From an uncultured Candidatus Sumerlaeota bacterium (GTDB lineage Bacteria; Sumerlaeota; Sumerlaeia; MVZB01): a DNA stretch of 64,000 nucleotides. Position numbers and translations under genes: made by a program. The stretch lies in contig CAYYNQ010000042.1 in NCBI GenBank assembly GCA_964473105.1, positions 58,507-122,506 on the forward strand, written 5' to 3'. Shown here in pieces: positions 18,496 to 29,964 of the stretch (position 1 is its first letter; each line of letters opens with the position of its first letter). Below the pieces are notes generated by a model, which was given only the letters and a program-made list of their open reading frames with translations, did not search any database and had not been told where the DNA came from.

Positions 18496-19538
18496 AGGTT
18501 CTGGTGACCGGAAGCAGCGGACTGATTGGGTCAGAGGCGGTTACCCGCTATGACTCGGCCGGTCACAACGTTACGGGTGTGGACAACAACATGCGGCGCG
18601 AGTTTTTCGGTGAAAGGGGTGACACACTCTGGAATCTGGATCGCCTAAAAAACACCACGTCCCGTTTTACGCACCAGCCGATAGATATCCGTGATCGTGA
18701 TGGGATTTTCAACCTGTTCAAGGCTGAAAAGTTTGAGATGATCATTCATTGCGCCGCACAACCTTCGCACGACAAGGCGGCCGATATACCATGCGTGGAT
18801 TTCGAAGTGAACGCTTACGGGACGCACAATCTTCTCGAGGCAACACGTCTCTACTGTCCCGAAGCTGTATTTATTCACATGAGCACCAACAAGGTCTATG
18901 GTGACGCTCCCAACCATGTCCCGCTACGGGAACTGGAAACACGGTGGGATTACGAACGGGACGAGGATTATCATGGCATCAGTGAACAATGCAGTATTGA
19001 CCAGTGCCTGCACACGGTGTTTGGCGTATCGAAAACGGCCGCTGATCTGATGGCGCAGGAATATGGAAGGTTTTTCGGGCTGAATGTGGGGATCTTCCGT
19101 GGCGGTTGTCTGACCGGTTCCTCACACAGCGGGGTCGAGTTGCACGGGTTTCTCAGTTATCTTGCAAAGGCGGTGATACACGGGTTGAAGTACACGGTCA
19201 ATGGCTACAAGGCCAAACAGGTTCGGGATAATATACACAGCGAGGATGTCATCAGCGCCTTTGAAGCCTATGCTTCCGCTCCCCGACCCGGTGAAGTCTA
19301 CAATCTGGGAGGCGGCCGGGATAACAGTATCTCAATGATGGAGGCTATTCGGAAAATCGAAACGATCGCTGGCAGGAAACTAAACTGGAACTATCAGGAT
19401 CTCAACCGTACAGGCGACCATATATGCTATATTTCAGACCTGCGAAAAATACGGCGTGATTATCCACAGTGGAATGTAACGCGCACAATCGATGACATAC
19501 TTGGGGAGTTGGTTGAAGCTGAGATGAAAACCGGATGA
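18492..19538 (+). CDS. NAD-dependent nucleotide-sugar epimerase/dehydratase (CDP-paratose 2-epimerase-like)
   Basis: VTGSSGLIG, HCAAQPSHD, STNKVYGD, KQVRDNIH; ATGA overlap with the NUDIX gene. Confidence 0.92.
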   Translation: MKVLVTGSSGLIGSEAVTRYDSAGHNVTGVDNNMRREFFGERGDTLWNLDRLKNTTSRFTHQPIDIRDRDGIFNLFKAEKFEMIIHCAAQPSHDKAADIPCVDFEVNAYGTHNLLEATRLYCPEAVFIHMSTNKVYGDAPNHVPLRELETRWDYERDEDYHGISEQCSIDQCLHTVFGVSKTAADLMAQEYGRFFGLNVGIFRGGCLTGSSHSGVELHGFLSYLAKAVIHGLKYTVNGYKAKQVRDNIHSEDVISAFEAYASAPRPGEVYNLGGGRDNSISMMEAIRKIETIAGRKLNWNYQDLNRTGDHICYISDLRKIRRDYPQWNVTRTIDDILGELVEAEMKTG

Positions 19539-19746
19539 ACCGAGCATCGACAACTCGAAAATGTAGCCTGTTCTCATTTTTATCAATAGGCAAAGTATGG
19601 CGTGAGGCCGCCCCCGATTTTCCCATTGACCCGTCTTGCAAACCGTACCCCAACTATTATATTATGACCCGTTGCTATATGGGCCGGGCTGTCAACCCGC
19701 CCCCGTTTCAGAACATCCAATTATTTCAGACAAAGGAATTGCAAGC

Positions 19747-20874
19747 ATGATCCATACACATCAACTCCCAAAAATGGTCACCATTCTGGTGCTGATGTTG
19801 ACTGCAGGTGTTGCCATGTCAAGTGAGAACACTGCGCCAGTCAAGGTCAATACAGGAAAGACAACGTTAAAGCCGCACGTGAAAATGGAAACTAGCCTCG
19901 GTGATATCATTATTCAGTTGAACGGCGAGAAAGCACCAATATCTGTCATCAACTTTATCCGTTATGCCCGTGATGGATATTATAATGGGACAATTTATCA
20001 CCGTGTCATAAAGGACTTCATGATCCAGGGAGGCGGTTTTACACCGGATGGGAAGAAAAAAGAGGTGGGGCTGCATCCAATGATCGTGAATGAGTGGAAG
20101 AACGGGCTCAAGAATGTAAAGGGGTCGATTGCAATGGCCAGACTTGGGCGAAGACCCAACTCAGCAACCAGCCAGTTTTTCATCAATGTAGAAGACAATG
20201 CTTTTCTCGATCAACCACGTGACGGTGCAGGTTACGCGGTATTTGGCAGGGTGATTGAAGGTATGGAGGTTGTTGGTAAGATCCGGGTTGTCAAGAACGG
20301 GTCCGGGCCCGGCGGTTTGGAGAATTACCCCGACGAGCCGGTCATTATAAAAAAGGTCATGTTAATGGACTCGTTTGATGAAGACGGGGCAAATAAAAGG
20401 AAGGCTGAGCGGGAGGAAGAATCCCGCAAGGAGAGGGAAGCGCTCAAAGCTGAGAGGCGGGAAAAACTCAGGAAAGAAAGAGAAAAAAATGCATCGGAGG
20501 TCAACCGGGTAAGAACCGAGATCGAAAAGGAAACCGGCAAAAAAATGGAGACCACCGAGTCCGGGCTCATGTATGTGGTCCTCCGGGAGGGTGACGGTGG
20601 AGCCCGGCCCGAGTCAACGAACAAGGTCACGGTGCACTATCAGGGCACCTTTTTGGATGGCGAACAATTCGATAGCTCCTATGACCGGGGTGAGCCGACA
20701 TCCTTTGCGCTAAACGGAGTAATTAAGGGCTGGACCGAGGGGGTCGGTCTCATGACCCGAGGGGAAAAGAGGAAATTTATCATCCCATCCGACATGGCCT
20801 ACGGCCGACGGGGTAGAGGGGGGATTCCTCCAGATGCCCCGCTGGTCTTTGTTATCGAGTTGATTGATTTCTGA
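19747..20874 (+). CDS. Exported dual-family peptidyl-prolyl isomerase (cyclophilin + FKBP)
   Basis: Signal peptide; cyclophilin motifs YNGTIYHRVIKDFMIQGGG and ATSQFFIN; charged linker; FKBP motifs VTVHYQG, FDSSYDRG, VIKGWTEG; AAAGGA RBS before ATG 19747. Confidence 0.93.
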   Translation: MIHTHQLPKMVTILVLMLTAGVAMSSENTAPVKVNTGKTTLKPHVKMETSLGDIIIQLNGEKAPISVINFIRYARDGYYNGTIYHRVIKDFMIQGGGFTPDGKKKEVGLHPMIVNEWKNGLKNVKGSIAMARLGRRPNSATSQFFINVEDNAFLDQPRDGAGYAVFGRVIEGMEVVGKIRVVKNGSGPGGLENYPDEPVIIKKVMLMDSFDEDGANKRKAEREEESRKEREALKAERREKLRKEREKNASEVNRVRTEIEKETGKKMETTESGLMYVVLREGDGGARPESTNKVTVHYQGTFLDGEQFDSSYDRGEPTSFALNGVIKGWTEGVGLMTRGEKRKFIIPSDMAYGRRGRGGIPPDAPLVFVIELIDF

Positions 20875-20949
20875 CCGCGGCAGGTTTGCCCGGGCCCGTC
20901 TGCTGCTGAGCCCAGAAAAATCATAACACAACTGGGTACTATATCCAAC

Positions 20950-23742
20950 ATGGACATCAGACTCCATTCCGTCCTGCCGGCAATTTGTATACTGTTGTTT
21001 TTATCGGCTCCCATCTGCATTTTTGCCATCAATCCGGAAGACCCTGTCAAGGATCGGTTGCGATCGGTACGGACTGGGCCTGCTCGGGACCTGCCTTGGA
21101 AACCGCTTGTCAGATCGCGGCCTCGTGTCATTTATGGCCACGACGACCGGATGGATGTCTATCAGACCGATAATATGCGTCTCCAAGTTGACGCCGCATC
21201 AACCTGTGCGTTGGTTTCATCCGCTGATATCACGGACAACGGCGACGAGACATGGACGATACAGTTGTCCACCTATGTAAATCCCGACACAGGTAATCCT
21301 CCCTGTGATGGTGAACCCTTCGCTGACCAACCCACAGCCGCATTCTGCACCGGATGGCTGGCTGGTGACTATCTGATCGCAACAGCCGGACACTGTTATA
21401 ATTCGGCGGATCTGGCAGACACTTGGTTTGTCTTCGGGTTTCACATGTTGAACATGACAACACCTGTCATGGTTGTCGACGACAGCCAAGTTTACAGAGG
21501 AATTGAGATTGTATCGACCAATCCATCCGGTGATCATGACCACGCGGTTGTTCGTGTGGACCGGTTTGTCGAGGCCGTGAATGCCCGGCCCATGCGTATA
21601 TCACGTGTCGGGGGCTCACAATCCGGTACATTCCCGGCCGGTTCACGGGCCGGTGTCATGGGACACCCGGCGGGCCTTCCACTCAAGGTGGCATTTGGCA
21701 ACGCAACGGTTGTTCTGGCGAATGACCCATTGCTACCTTATTTTCAAGCGAATCTCGATACTTATGGTGGCAATTCCGGATCACCGGTTTTCAACGTTTT
21801 CCTCGGCATTGTCGAAGGCGTTCTGGTCAAGGGCGCGATGGATTATGTGGATAACGGGACCTGTTTTGTCTCAAATGTTCTTCCTAACAATGGTTTTGGG
21901 GAGGAATGCACCAAAACCAGTATTTTTGAACATGTTGTTGCTGAGCCCGATGGGATTTATTTTTCCAAGGCTGTTTTTTCCGCGCCGGGACATTTGGACC
22001 TTCTGTTGTTTGATTCCAACTTAACGGGGATGGACCCCTTGGAAATTGAGGTAAGCTCGAGTGTCGACGATATTGAAACCATAATGATCAGTAATGTCGC
22101 TGAGGGGGTCTGGTCTGGCCAATCCATGCTCGGTAATGCCAACACGCAGCCCGTTCCCGGGGACGAGGTTTTGCAAATTGCCCATGATGGCTATATCCGT
22201 GCGGCCTACTCTGATGCTGATCGTGGGGATGGCCAGCCTTGGATTAGGCACGATTTTTCCAACATTGATGCCATCGCTCCCACGATCAGCAATATCGATG
22301 TAATTTCGATTGGTTCGGATATGTTCATGATCACCCTTGAAACCGATGAATCGGCACGGGTATTTATGCATTATGGGATCACTTCCGGTCAACCCGATGC
22401 GACCATTTCGAGTAATTTCGGGACCGTCCATTCGTTCAATGCAAGCGGGCTCGATAGCTGCACGACATATTACTTTAAATTTGGGGCTGGGGACCTGGCG
22501 GGTAACCAATCGCTTTGGAACGATGGGGGGACCTCACACGTCACAACGGTGGACCAGGTGATACAGTTTGAAGAAGATTTCGAGTCTCAGGAGGGAGGGT
22601 GGAGCCATTCCTCAGATATTGGCGGCGACAACTGGGATATCCGGACGAGTGTAATGCCCGTCAGCCCTCACAATGTTTTTAGCTATTCTCCCGGTATGGG
22701 GACGATAGCTGATGCCAGGCTAGTCACAGATGTGTTTGAGGCGGGCGGGGAATTCAGTTTTTATCACCGGTATGATATCGAACCGGCTTTTGATGGGTTG
22801 GTTCTAGAGATATCCAATGATCTGGGACAAAGCTGGAGCGATCTCGAGGATCACATTACCGGGGGTGGTTACACGAGCACGATCAGCACGATGTTTCAAA
22901 GCCCTATCCTAGGCCAGAATGCGTGGTCGGGTGATGAGTCGGGTCCCATGACACAGGTGCGGGTTGATCTATCTTCATTTTCCGGCATGGTACAGGTCGC
23001 TTTTCGTTTCACATCCGATTCAAGTATCCCCTCGGGTTTCTGGGAAATTGACGATATTAAGATCGGGCAGCCGGTTTCGTGTGTTCCGGAAACACTACGT
23101 GTCATTTCGCCCAATGGTGGTGAATCGTTCACGGGCGGTTCACAGGTTGATGTATGGTGGATATCCAATACCGAAAATGCAGGCACGGCTGTCCGGATCG
23201 ATCTGTGGGACAGTCAGGGGTATATCGACGTTTTGGGAATTGACTGGTCAGTTGCCGGGGAGAACACAATCCCGATTTACATGCCGTTATTGCCGGAATC
23301 GTTGGATTACCGGATCCGGATTGTAAGCCTGTGGGAACCAAAATTGTCGGACACATCGGATGCGGGGTTTGGGGTGACAGGTGGTCCGGTTGCCATGAAC
23401 CGCCCAAACGGGGGTGAGATCTGGAATACCGGAGAAATACAACTGATTCACTGGCAGGCGTCGACGTTGTTTGCTGGGACAGGATTCTATTTCGAATTGT
23501 GGAATGAGACATCTATGGTTTCGGATTTGGGTTTCGGATGGGATCCAGATGGCGAAGGTATCCATACTGTTGTCGTACCCGAGGTGCCTTCCGGAAATAA
23601 CTACCGTGTTCGTGTTATCAGTACTTGGGACAAAACGTCCTTGGATGCAAGCGATGCAGTATTCACAATAATAAACCCGTCGGATTCGCCCACCGACACG
23701 GCAGTCAGTCCAGGCTCATGGCTTCTCTACGGATATGATTAA
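20950..23742 (+). CDS. Secreted modular trypsin-like serine protease with FN3-like, jelly-roll-like and two PNGGE Ig-like modules
   Basis: Signal peptide; VIYGHDDR; catalytic triad TAGHC / DHAVV / GNSGSP; two PNGGE repeats near the C-terminus. Confidence 0.85.
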   Translation: MDIRLHSVLPAICILLFLSAPICIFAINPEDPVKDRLRSVRTGPARDLPWKPLVRSRPRVIYGHDDRMDVYQTDNMRLQVDAASTCALVSSADITDNGDETWTIQLSTYVNPDTGNPPCDGEPFADQPTAAFCTGWLAGDYLIATAGHCYNSADLADTWFVFGFHMLNMTTPVMVVDDSQVYRGIEIVSTNPSGDHDHAVVRVDRFVEAVNARPMRISRVGGSQSGTFPAGSRAGVMGHPAGLPLKVAFGNATVVLANDPLLPYFQANLDTYGGNSGSPVFNVFLGIVEGVLVKGAMDYVDNGTCFVSNVLPNNGFGEECTKTSIFEHVVAEPDGIYFSKAVFSAPGHLDLLLFDSNLTGMDPLEIEVSSSVDDIETIMISNVAEGVWSGQSMLGNANTQPVPGDEVLQIAHDGYIRAAYSDADRGDGQPWIRHDFSNIDAIAPTISNIDVISIGSDMFMITLETDESARVFMHYGITSGQPDATISSNFGTVHSFNASGLDSCTTYYFKFGAGDLAGNQSLWNDGGTSHVTTVDQVIQFEEDFESQEGGWSHSSDIGGDNWDIRTSVMPVSPHNVFSYSPGMGTIADARLVTDVFEAGGEFSFYHRYDIEPAFDGLVLEISNDLGQSWSDLEDHITGGGYTSTISTMFQSPILGQNAWSGDESGPMTQVRVDLSSFSGMVQVAFRFTSDSSIPSGFWEIDDIKIGQPVSCVPETLRVISPNGGESFTGGSQVDVWWISNTENAGTAVRIDLWDSQGYIDVLGIDWSVAGENTIPIYMPLLPESLDYRIRIVSLWEPKLSDTSDAGFGVTGGPVAMNRPNGGEIWNTGEIQLIHWQASTLFAGTGFYFELWNETSMVSDLGFGWDPDGEGIHTVVVPEVPSGNNYRVRVISTWDKTSLDASDAVFTIINPSDSPTDTAVSPGSWLLYGYD

Positions 23743-23947
23743 CAACTAGGGTGCTTGTTTTAAATCATAAACAGAATAGTAATGTTTCTTTGCGTCTGAG
23801 TGATATCATGATTCATGCTGGATATACGTGTGTCGGCCGAAACCGCATTGCCCCCAACAATATCATGACAAGGGTTATATCGGGGTTTAAAGTGGTTGAC
23901 CTGCAAAGATCCTGATTCCTGTTGATACAGAAAGTCTGCGATGTCCC

Positions 23948-25444
23948 ATGACCATTCGCCTGATTCAATGCGCGAGGAAGCATGTCAACCGCACGGCTGT
24001 TATCGACCACGATGGATCCCATTCCTATGGATCATTGCTTGAAAAAAGCCGTGCCGTTGCCGATTCCCTTCGGGGGAATCATGATGATATTCGTGAAAAA
24101 CGCATCGCGTTCATGACGCCACCGGGTGCGGATTATGTACATATCCAGTGGGGTATATGGCGTGCTGGTGGCATTGCGGTTCCCCTCTGCGCTCAACATC
24201 CCCTTGCCGAGATCGAATATGTCTTAAGGGACTGTGGCGCCAGCCAAGTGGTTGTACACCCCGTTTCCCGTGAAAAACTTGAACCACTGGCAACTTCTTT
24301 GGGTATTCCGTTGCTTGTAATGGATCAGGTTGAAATTGCTGGCAGTCGAGAACTCCCACAGGTTGAAACCGAGCGCGCGGCAATGATCCTCTATACCAGC
24401 GGAACGACGAGCCGGCCCAAGGGGGTGGTATCAACACACCGGGCCATTGACTCACAGATCATGAGTCTTGTGTCCGCATGGAAGTGGTCTATCGATGACC
24501 ATATTCTGCATGTTTTGCCACTTCATCACATTCATGGCATCATCAATGTCCTGTGTTGTGCCCTGTGGTCCGGTGCTGTGTGCGAAATGCTTCCGAGGTT
24601 TGATGCACGCGCAGTATACAATATTTTTCTCAAGGGCCGTTGCAGCCTTTTCATGGCTGTTCCCACGGTGTATGCGAAACTGATTGCGGCCTGGGAACAG
24701 ATGCCTCCAGATGAACAGCAGAATATCACCATAGCCTGCTCTAAGATGCGACTGATGATTTCAGGATCGGCCGCGCTTCCCATGAAAATCCTCGAACGCT
24801 GGGAAACGATTTCCCGCCATACATTGCTCGAACGTTATGGAATGACCGAGATCGGGATGGCGCTATCCAACCCATACGAGGGTGAACGCAGGCCGGGTTT
24901 TGTAGGTCTGCCGCTGCCCGGCATGGAGATATGTCTGGTTGACGAACAGGGAAATATTGTCACGGATGAGCATCAGGCCGGTGAAATTCGTGTGCGTGGT
25001 GAAAATGTCTTCAGGGAATATTGGGATCGTGAAGAAGCGACACGTGAAGCGTTCACAAAAGGCTGGTTTCGTACAGGTGACATGGCCATTATGGATAGAG
25101 GATATTACCGGATTCTCGGGCGCAGCTCGATCGATATCATCAAGAACGGCGGATACAAGATCTCGGCACTGGAGATTGAGGAGGCAATTCGGTCACATCC
25201 ACATGTTAGCGATTGTGCTGTCGTGGGTATTGAGGACGAGGTATGGGGTGAAGTGGTTGCAGTCGTGTTGGTCCTGAGGCCAGGATATGATATGAGGTTG
25301 GGTGAACTGCGCGCTTGGGCGGGTGAAAAGATTGCCCGTTACAAGTTGCCGACCAGGATGATAATCATGAAAAATCTTCCTCGTAACGGGATGGGGAAGG
25401 TTAAAAAAGGCAAAGTAAAAGAGTTATTCGAACAGCAAGCATGA
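23948..25444 (+). CDS. Acyl-CoA synthetase (malonyl-CoA synthetase MatB/ACSF3-like)
   Basis: LYTSGTTSRPKG, LPLHHIHG, LLERYGMTE, WFRTGD, LPRNGMGKV. Confidence 0.9.
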   Translation: MTIRLIQCARKHVNRTAVIDHDGSHSYGSLLEKSRAVADSLRGNHDDIREKRIAFMTPPGADYVHIQWGIWRAGGIAVPLCAQHPLAEIEYVLRDCGASQVVVHPVSREKLEPLATSLGIPLLVMDQVEIAGSRELPQVETERAAMILYTSGTTSRPKGVVSTHRAIDSQIMSLVSAWKWSIDDHILHVLPLHHIHGIINVLCCALWSGAVCEMLPRFDARAVYNIFLKGRCSLFMAVPTVYAKLIAAWEQMPPDEQQNITIACSKMRLMISGSAALPMKILERWETISRHTLLERYGMTEIGMALSNPYEGERRPGFVGLPLPGMEICLVDEQGNIVTDEHQAGEIRVRGENVFREYWDREEATREAFTKGWFRTGDMAIMDRGYYRILGRSSIDIIKNGGYKISALEIEEAIRSHPHVSDCAVVGIEDEVWGEVVAVVLVLRPGYDMRLGELRAWAGEKIARYKLPTRMIIMKNLPRNGMGKVKKGKVKELFEQQA

Positions 25445-25527
25445 CAACTATCAGGGTTTACGGTTATCATGGATGTTAGGTTGTGGGAATCACCGCATGA
25501 GTCTTCCTGAAAAGGATTTGGGCTGAT

Positions 25528-25782
25528 ATGCCAGTCAGGATGTGTCGTATTGCAGTGCTGGACAATGTGGTTGAAGCACAACTTCTTGGTGCCGAACTTA
25601 CAGCACGTGGGATTCCCCACCTGATGAGAAGCTATCATGATTCAGCCTATGATGGAATCTACCAGTTTATGAAGGGCTGGGGTCATGTCGAGGGATCTGC
25701 TGATTATCAGGTTGAAATTCTTGAAATCCTCCATGGCCTGAGGCATACACCGGTTGACTCAGAAGATGACACGGGGGAATAA
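25528..25782 (+). CDS. Small DUF2007-like protein
   Basis: NVVEAQLLGAELTARGIPH pattern; HDSAYDG; 84 aa. Confidence 0.65.
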   Translation: MPVRMCRIAVLDNVVEAQLLGAELTARGIPHLMRSYHDSAYDGIYQFMKGWGHVEGSADYQVEILEILHGLRHTPVDSEDDTGE

Positions 25783-25988
25783 ACAGCTCAAACATCAACT
25801 GCAATCCGGGATTTCGTCGGTTTCCCCATCGCCCGTAAATTGACATGTGCTTGGGTTCGGACAATCGAACACGTTTTGTCCTAGGCGGAGTCCCGAGACC
25901 GTGTCTTCTGATGGCCCTGCTTGAGTGGAGAGCGAACTCGCCCACCCCCCATATCAATGTATGCGAAACTTTGTCGGATGAAAAACCC

Positions 25989-27134
25989 TTACCCTTCCAG
26001 AAGAAGTTTTTCAGGCTCCTCGACCAATTCCCGAATACGGAGCAGGAAACTTACAGCCTCACGCCCGTCGATTACCCGGTGGTCGTAACTGAATGCAAGA
26101 TACATCATGGGACGAATCTCGATCTTGCCGTTAACAACGACCGGACGATCCGTGATGTTGTGCAGGCCCAGAATCCCCACCTGCGGGGGATTAAGGATGG
26201 GTGTTGACAGCATCGATCCGAATACCCCGCCATTGGTGATCGTGAATGTTCCGCCGCGCAGGTCCTCGATGCCCAGTTCACCCTCACGGGCACGCATGGC
26301 ATAGCCGCGGATCGCCTTCTCAATCCCGGAGAAACTGATTGAATCCGCATGGCGGATGACCGGCACCACTAGGCCATCACCCGTGTCAACCGCCACGCCA
26401 ATGTCGTAATAATGTTTTCGAATCAAGTCATTACCGGATAATTCGGCGTTGATATTTGGGAAATGTTTCAGTGCGCCAATACAGGCTTTTATAAAGAATG
26501 AGATGAGGCCGAGCTTGACTCCATGCCGTTCCAGGAAGCTTGCACGGCGTGCTGACCGGATCTCCTGGACCCTCGACATGTCCACCTCGTTGAATGTCGT
26601 GAGTATTGCAGCGGTTTGCTGGGCCTCGACAAGTCGCTTGGCAATGGTTTGTCGCCTGCGTGAAAGTCGGATTGTCTCCTCCGGTCCGGGGTTAGGCTCC
26701 AATGGTGGCGACACGTTCCAGGACCGGGTTCTTTTGGGCTTGAGTTCACCCCGAGGCTTATCGATGGTCTTGGCTGCTTCGGGGATGGGGTCCTTATCCG
26801 CCGATTTTATCTTGTCCTCGGTACGTAAGGATAGTTCGGGTTTTAACCCGGGCTTTTCCACCGATTCTTCTTTCTTCACAGGATCTGGCTTATTCCCGCC
26901 CGTATCAATGGTCCCCAGTAAGTCACCAACCTTTACATCCTCGCCTTCCTGCACCTTGATCTCGGCCAACACCCCACTTCTGTCTGCGCCAATCTCGAGG
27001 TTGACCTTGTCGGTTTCTAGTTCTAGCAGGATCTCCCCAACTTCCACGCCACTGCCGGGTTTCTTGAGCCAGCGAACAACGGTAGCCTCCGTGATCGATT
27101 CACCCAATTCGGGTACGGTGATCGGTTGAGACAT
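25989..27134 (-). CDS. sucB: 2-oxoglutarate dehydrogenase E2, dihydrolipoyl succinyltransferase
   Basis: Lipoyl motif LETDKV; [30 protein letters not shown]; follows sucA. Confidence 0.95.
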   Translation of the reverse strand: MSQPITVPELGESITEATVVRWLKKPGSGVEVGEILLELETDKVNLEIGADRSGVLAEIKVQEGEDVKVGDLLGTIDTGGNKPDPVKKEESVEKPGLKPELSLRTEDKIKSADKDPIPEAAKTIDKPRGELKPKRTRSWNVSPPLEPNPGPEETIRLSRRRQTIAKRLVEAQQTAAILTTFNEVDMSRVQEIRSARRASFLERHGVKLGLISFFIKACIGALKHFPNINAELSGNDLIRKHYYDIGVAVDTGDGLVVPVIRHADSISFSGIEKAIRGYAMRAREGELGIEDLRGGTFTITNGGVFGSMLSTPILNPPQVGILGLHNITDRPVVVNGKIEIRPMMYLAFSYDHRVIDGREAVSFLLRIRELVEEPEKLLLEG

Positions 27135-27168
27135 GCTGGATTCTCCTGGAATATCCGCAGATTTGCCT

Positions 27169-29964
27169 TTATGCAGTCATGATTCCCGGTTCTGCGCCGT
27201 TTTTCAACAGCTTGGCGACCTGGTCAACAATGTTTTTCTGGCTGATATGATGTAAAGCTGCAGATCCCTCGGCCGGGCTGCTTTGTCGGGGACGACCGAT
27301 AAAATAAAGCGGCCACCGCCCATCGATGGAATATTTGATACGCGGCCGAAGGAATGTCCATGCACCCATATTACGTGGTTCCTCCTGCACCCAGAACACT
27401 TCCTCCAGGTTTGGGTAACTTCCCAGTAAATCGTCGATGGTTTCATCTGGGAACGGGAACATCTGCTCGATCCGGACGATGGAAAGTTCCTCACGTGCAT
27501 CAAATGATTTTTCGCATACAAGGTCATAATATATTTTTCCGGAACACATGATCAACCGCTTGACATTTTTGATGTTTTGGTTGGCAACATCATCTTGGAT
27601 GACGGGCTTCCACCGGCCCTGATCCAGTTCCCTCATGTTTGATGAAACCTGCGGATTGCGTAGCAGGCTTTTGGGTGTCAGGACCACCAAGGGAAGTGGA
27701 TCTATACGCAGCAGGCAAGCCTGTCTCCTCAGCAGATGGAAATACTGGGCTGCCGTTGTGGGGATTGCAATGCGGATATTGATATCTGCGCTTATTGATA
27801 AAAAGCGCTCCAGTCTTCCGCTCGAATGATCCGGCCCAGCGCCCTCGTGCCCGTGTGGCAGCAGGATAACCAAGGAAGGAGTCTGGCCCCATTTACTCCG
27901 CGCGGATGAGACAAATTCATCGATCATGACTTGTGCGCTGTTTATGAAGTCACCGTATTGCGCCTCCCAGATAACAAGTCTGCCTGGCCGCTGGACATTA
28001 TAACCATACTCAAACCCGATTACCGCACATTCGGTAAGCGGGCTGTTAATGACTTCAAAGGCCGCTTTGGCCTGGGGCAGAACATGCAGCGGCGTGAGCG
28101 ATTTGCCCGATTCGGATCCGTGCAGCACGCAGTGGCGATGACTGAACGTCCCCCGCTCAACATCCTGGCCGGTGAGACGGATCGCCACGCCGTCTTCTAG
28201 GATTGAGGCAAAAGCTAGCTCCTCCCCAGTGCTCCAGTTGATTCTGTCTTCCGAAGGATGGTCGATTTGGTCCCTACGTTTTTTCAAGATGCGTTTCAGC
28301 TTTCTGTGCACGTCGAACGTATCCGTAATTTCCTGCAACGATTGATTGATGGCAATCAGTCGTTCACGTGGAACCGACGTCATGATTTTCTTGGCAGCGC
28401 CCGGGGGTGGTGTATTGGGTAGGCTGGGTTTGTAATCTTCCTCGGGCTTGAGGGAATCCAGAATATTCTGGAGCTCTTGGTTGTATTTTTTTTCGATAAT
28501 CGCCGGGTAAGCTTGGCTGACCTCACCGCGGCGGACCATTTTCTCCGCCCATTGTTTCCGGACTGTCGGGTGCACAGGGATTTTCCGGTAAATCACCGGC
28601 TGTGTAAAGGCGGCTTCGTCACCTTCGTTGTGACCCCATCGGCGATAGCCGACGAGGTCGATCATGAAATCCTTCTGGAACCTTGCGAGATAGCCTGCAG
28701 CCATCCGTGATGCCTCGATACAACCCTCTACATCATCTGCATTGATGTGAATGATGGGAATTTCATAGCCTTTTGCTAGATCACTGGCGAAAAGAGTACT
28801 TCGGCTGTTTTCTGGATCAGTCGTGAAACCAAGCTGATTGTTAGCAATGATGTGAATCGTCCCGCCGGTCTCATATCCCTTGAGCCTTGAGAGGTTGAGC
28901 GTCTCGGCGACCACGCCCTGTCCGGGAAATGCAGCATCACCGTGGACCATGATCGGCAGTGTTACGTGGTGATCGAACGCGGGGGCGCCAGGGTTATTGA
29001 CCTGTGTGCCGACGGCCCGGGCCATCCCCTGTACGACGGGATTGACGAATTCCAAATGACTCGGGTTGGGCGCGACCCTCACCCGCAAGCTTACGTGCTC
29101 GCCATCCTTGAGGATTAGGGATGTTCCACCGTGATATTTCACATCGCCCATCCACCCCATTTCATTCTGTCCCTCCGCGATATGGTGTTGCACGGGATCG
29201 CTAAACTCAGCAAGGATCTGGCGGTAGGGCATTTTGAGGATATGGGCCAGGACATTAAGCCGGCCGCGGTGTGCCATGCCGATCAGGATATTCGATATCC
29301 TAAGGCTCGCGACAAGTCGGATGATTTCCTCGAGCATGGGGACCAGCATGTCCAGCCCCTCAATGGAAAATCGGAATTTTCCGGGGAAGACACGATGCAG
29401 AAATTTTTCGAACGCCTCAACGCGTGTCAATCGTTTGAGCATCAGCTCACTCTTGACGGGTGTCACAGGCGCCCGGAAGCTCCCCTCTTCGACGACATAC
29501 CGCAGCCAAGCACGTTCCTTGGGGATATGGATATGCTCGAAGTCATGCCCCATTGAGGAACAATAAATCCGCCGGAGTTCCTCGATGGCACCCAACATGT
29601 TATTTGCACGGCGGGCAACGGGTCCCCCGACTGTTGTGGGTGGCATCAGACGCATGTCATCCTCGGTCAGGTTGTGATATGTCGGGATCAGGGATGGGTC
29701 ACCCGGGGGTGATGTGCCAAGCGGGTCAAGCTGCGCTGCAAGATGACCATGGTTGCGGATTGACTGAGCCAAGTTCACTGCACTGACAATCTTGTGTACC
29801 GGTATGCAGTAGTCGGGGCTGAAGGATTCCGGGTCGGGTGTCCAGTTTTCAAAGACTCCTTGTGTCGCCTCGTCAACGGAACCGGGATCCCTGCAGAAAC
29901 GGTCATAAAGATCCTGAATGTATGCCGAATTGACGCCAAGAAACTGGTTTTTCAGATCCATCAC
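27169..29964 (-). CDS. sucA: 2-oxoglutarate dehydrogenase E1
   Basis: [48 protein letters not shown]; start overlaps the lpdA stop. Confidence 0.97.
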   Translation of the reverse strand: MMDLKNQFLGVNSAYIQDLYDRFCRDPGSVDEATQGVFENWTPDPESFSPDYCIPVHKIVSAVNLAQSIRNHGHLAAQLDPLGTSPPGDPSLIPTYHNLTEDDMRLMPPTTVGGPVARRANNMLGAIEELRRIYCSSMGHDFEHIHIPKERAWLRYVVEEGSFRAPVTPVKSELMLKRLTRVEAFEKFLHRVFPGKFRFSIEGLDMLVPMLEEIIRLVASLRISNILIGMAHRGRLNVLAHILKMPYRQILAEFSDPVQHHIAEGQNEMGWMGDVKYHGGTSLILKDGEHVSLRVRVAPNPSHLEFVNPVVQGMARAVGTQVNNPGAPAFDHHVTLPIMVHGDAAFPGQGVVAETLNLSRLKGYETGGTIHIIANNQLGFTTDPENSRSTLFASDLAKGYEIPIIHINADDVEGCIEASRMAAGYLARFQKDFMIDLVGYRRWGHNEGDEAAFTQPVIYRKIPVHPTVRKQWAEKMVRRGEVSQAYPAIIEKKYNQELQNILDSLKPEEDYKPSLPNTPPPGAAKKIMTSVPRERLIAINQSLQEITDTFDVHRKLKRILKKRRDQIDHPSEDRINWSTGEELAFASILEDGVAIRLTGQDVERGTFSHRHCVLHGSESGKSLTPLHVLPQAKAAFEVINSPLTECAVIGFEYGYNVQRPGRLVIWEAQYGDFINSAQVMIDEFVSSARSKWGQTPSLVILLPHGHEGAGPDHSSGRLERFLSISADINIRIAIPTTAAQYFHLLRRQACLLRIDPLPLVVLTPKSLLRNPQVSSNMRELDQGRWKPVIQDDVANQNIKNVKRLIMCSGKIYYDLVCEKSFDAREELSIVRIEQMFPFPDETIDDLLGSYPNLEEVFWVQEEPRNMGAWTFLRPRIKYSIDGRWPLYFIGRPRQSSPAEGSAALHHISQKNIVDQVAKLLKNGAEPGIMTA

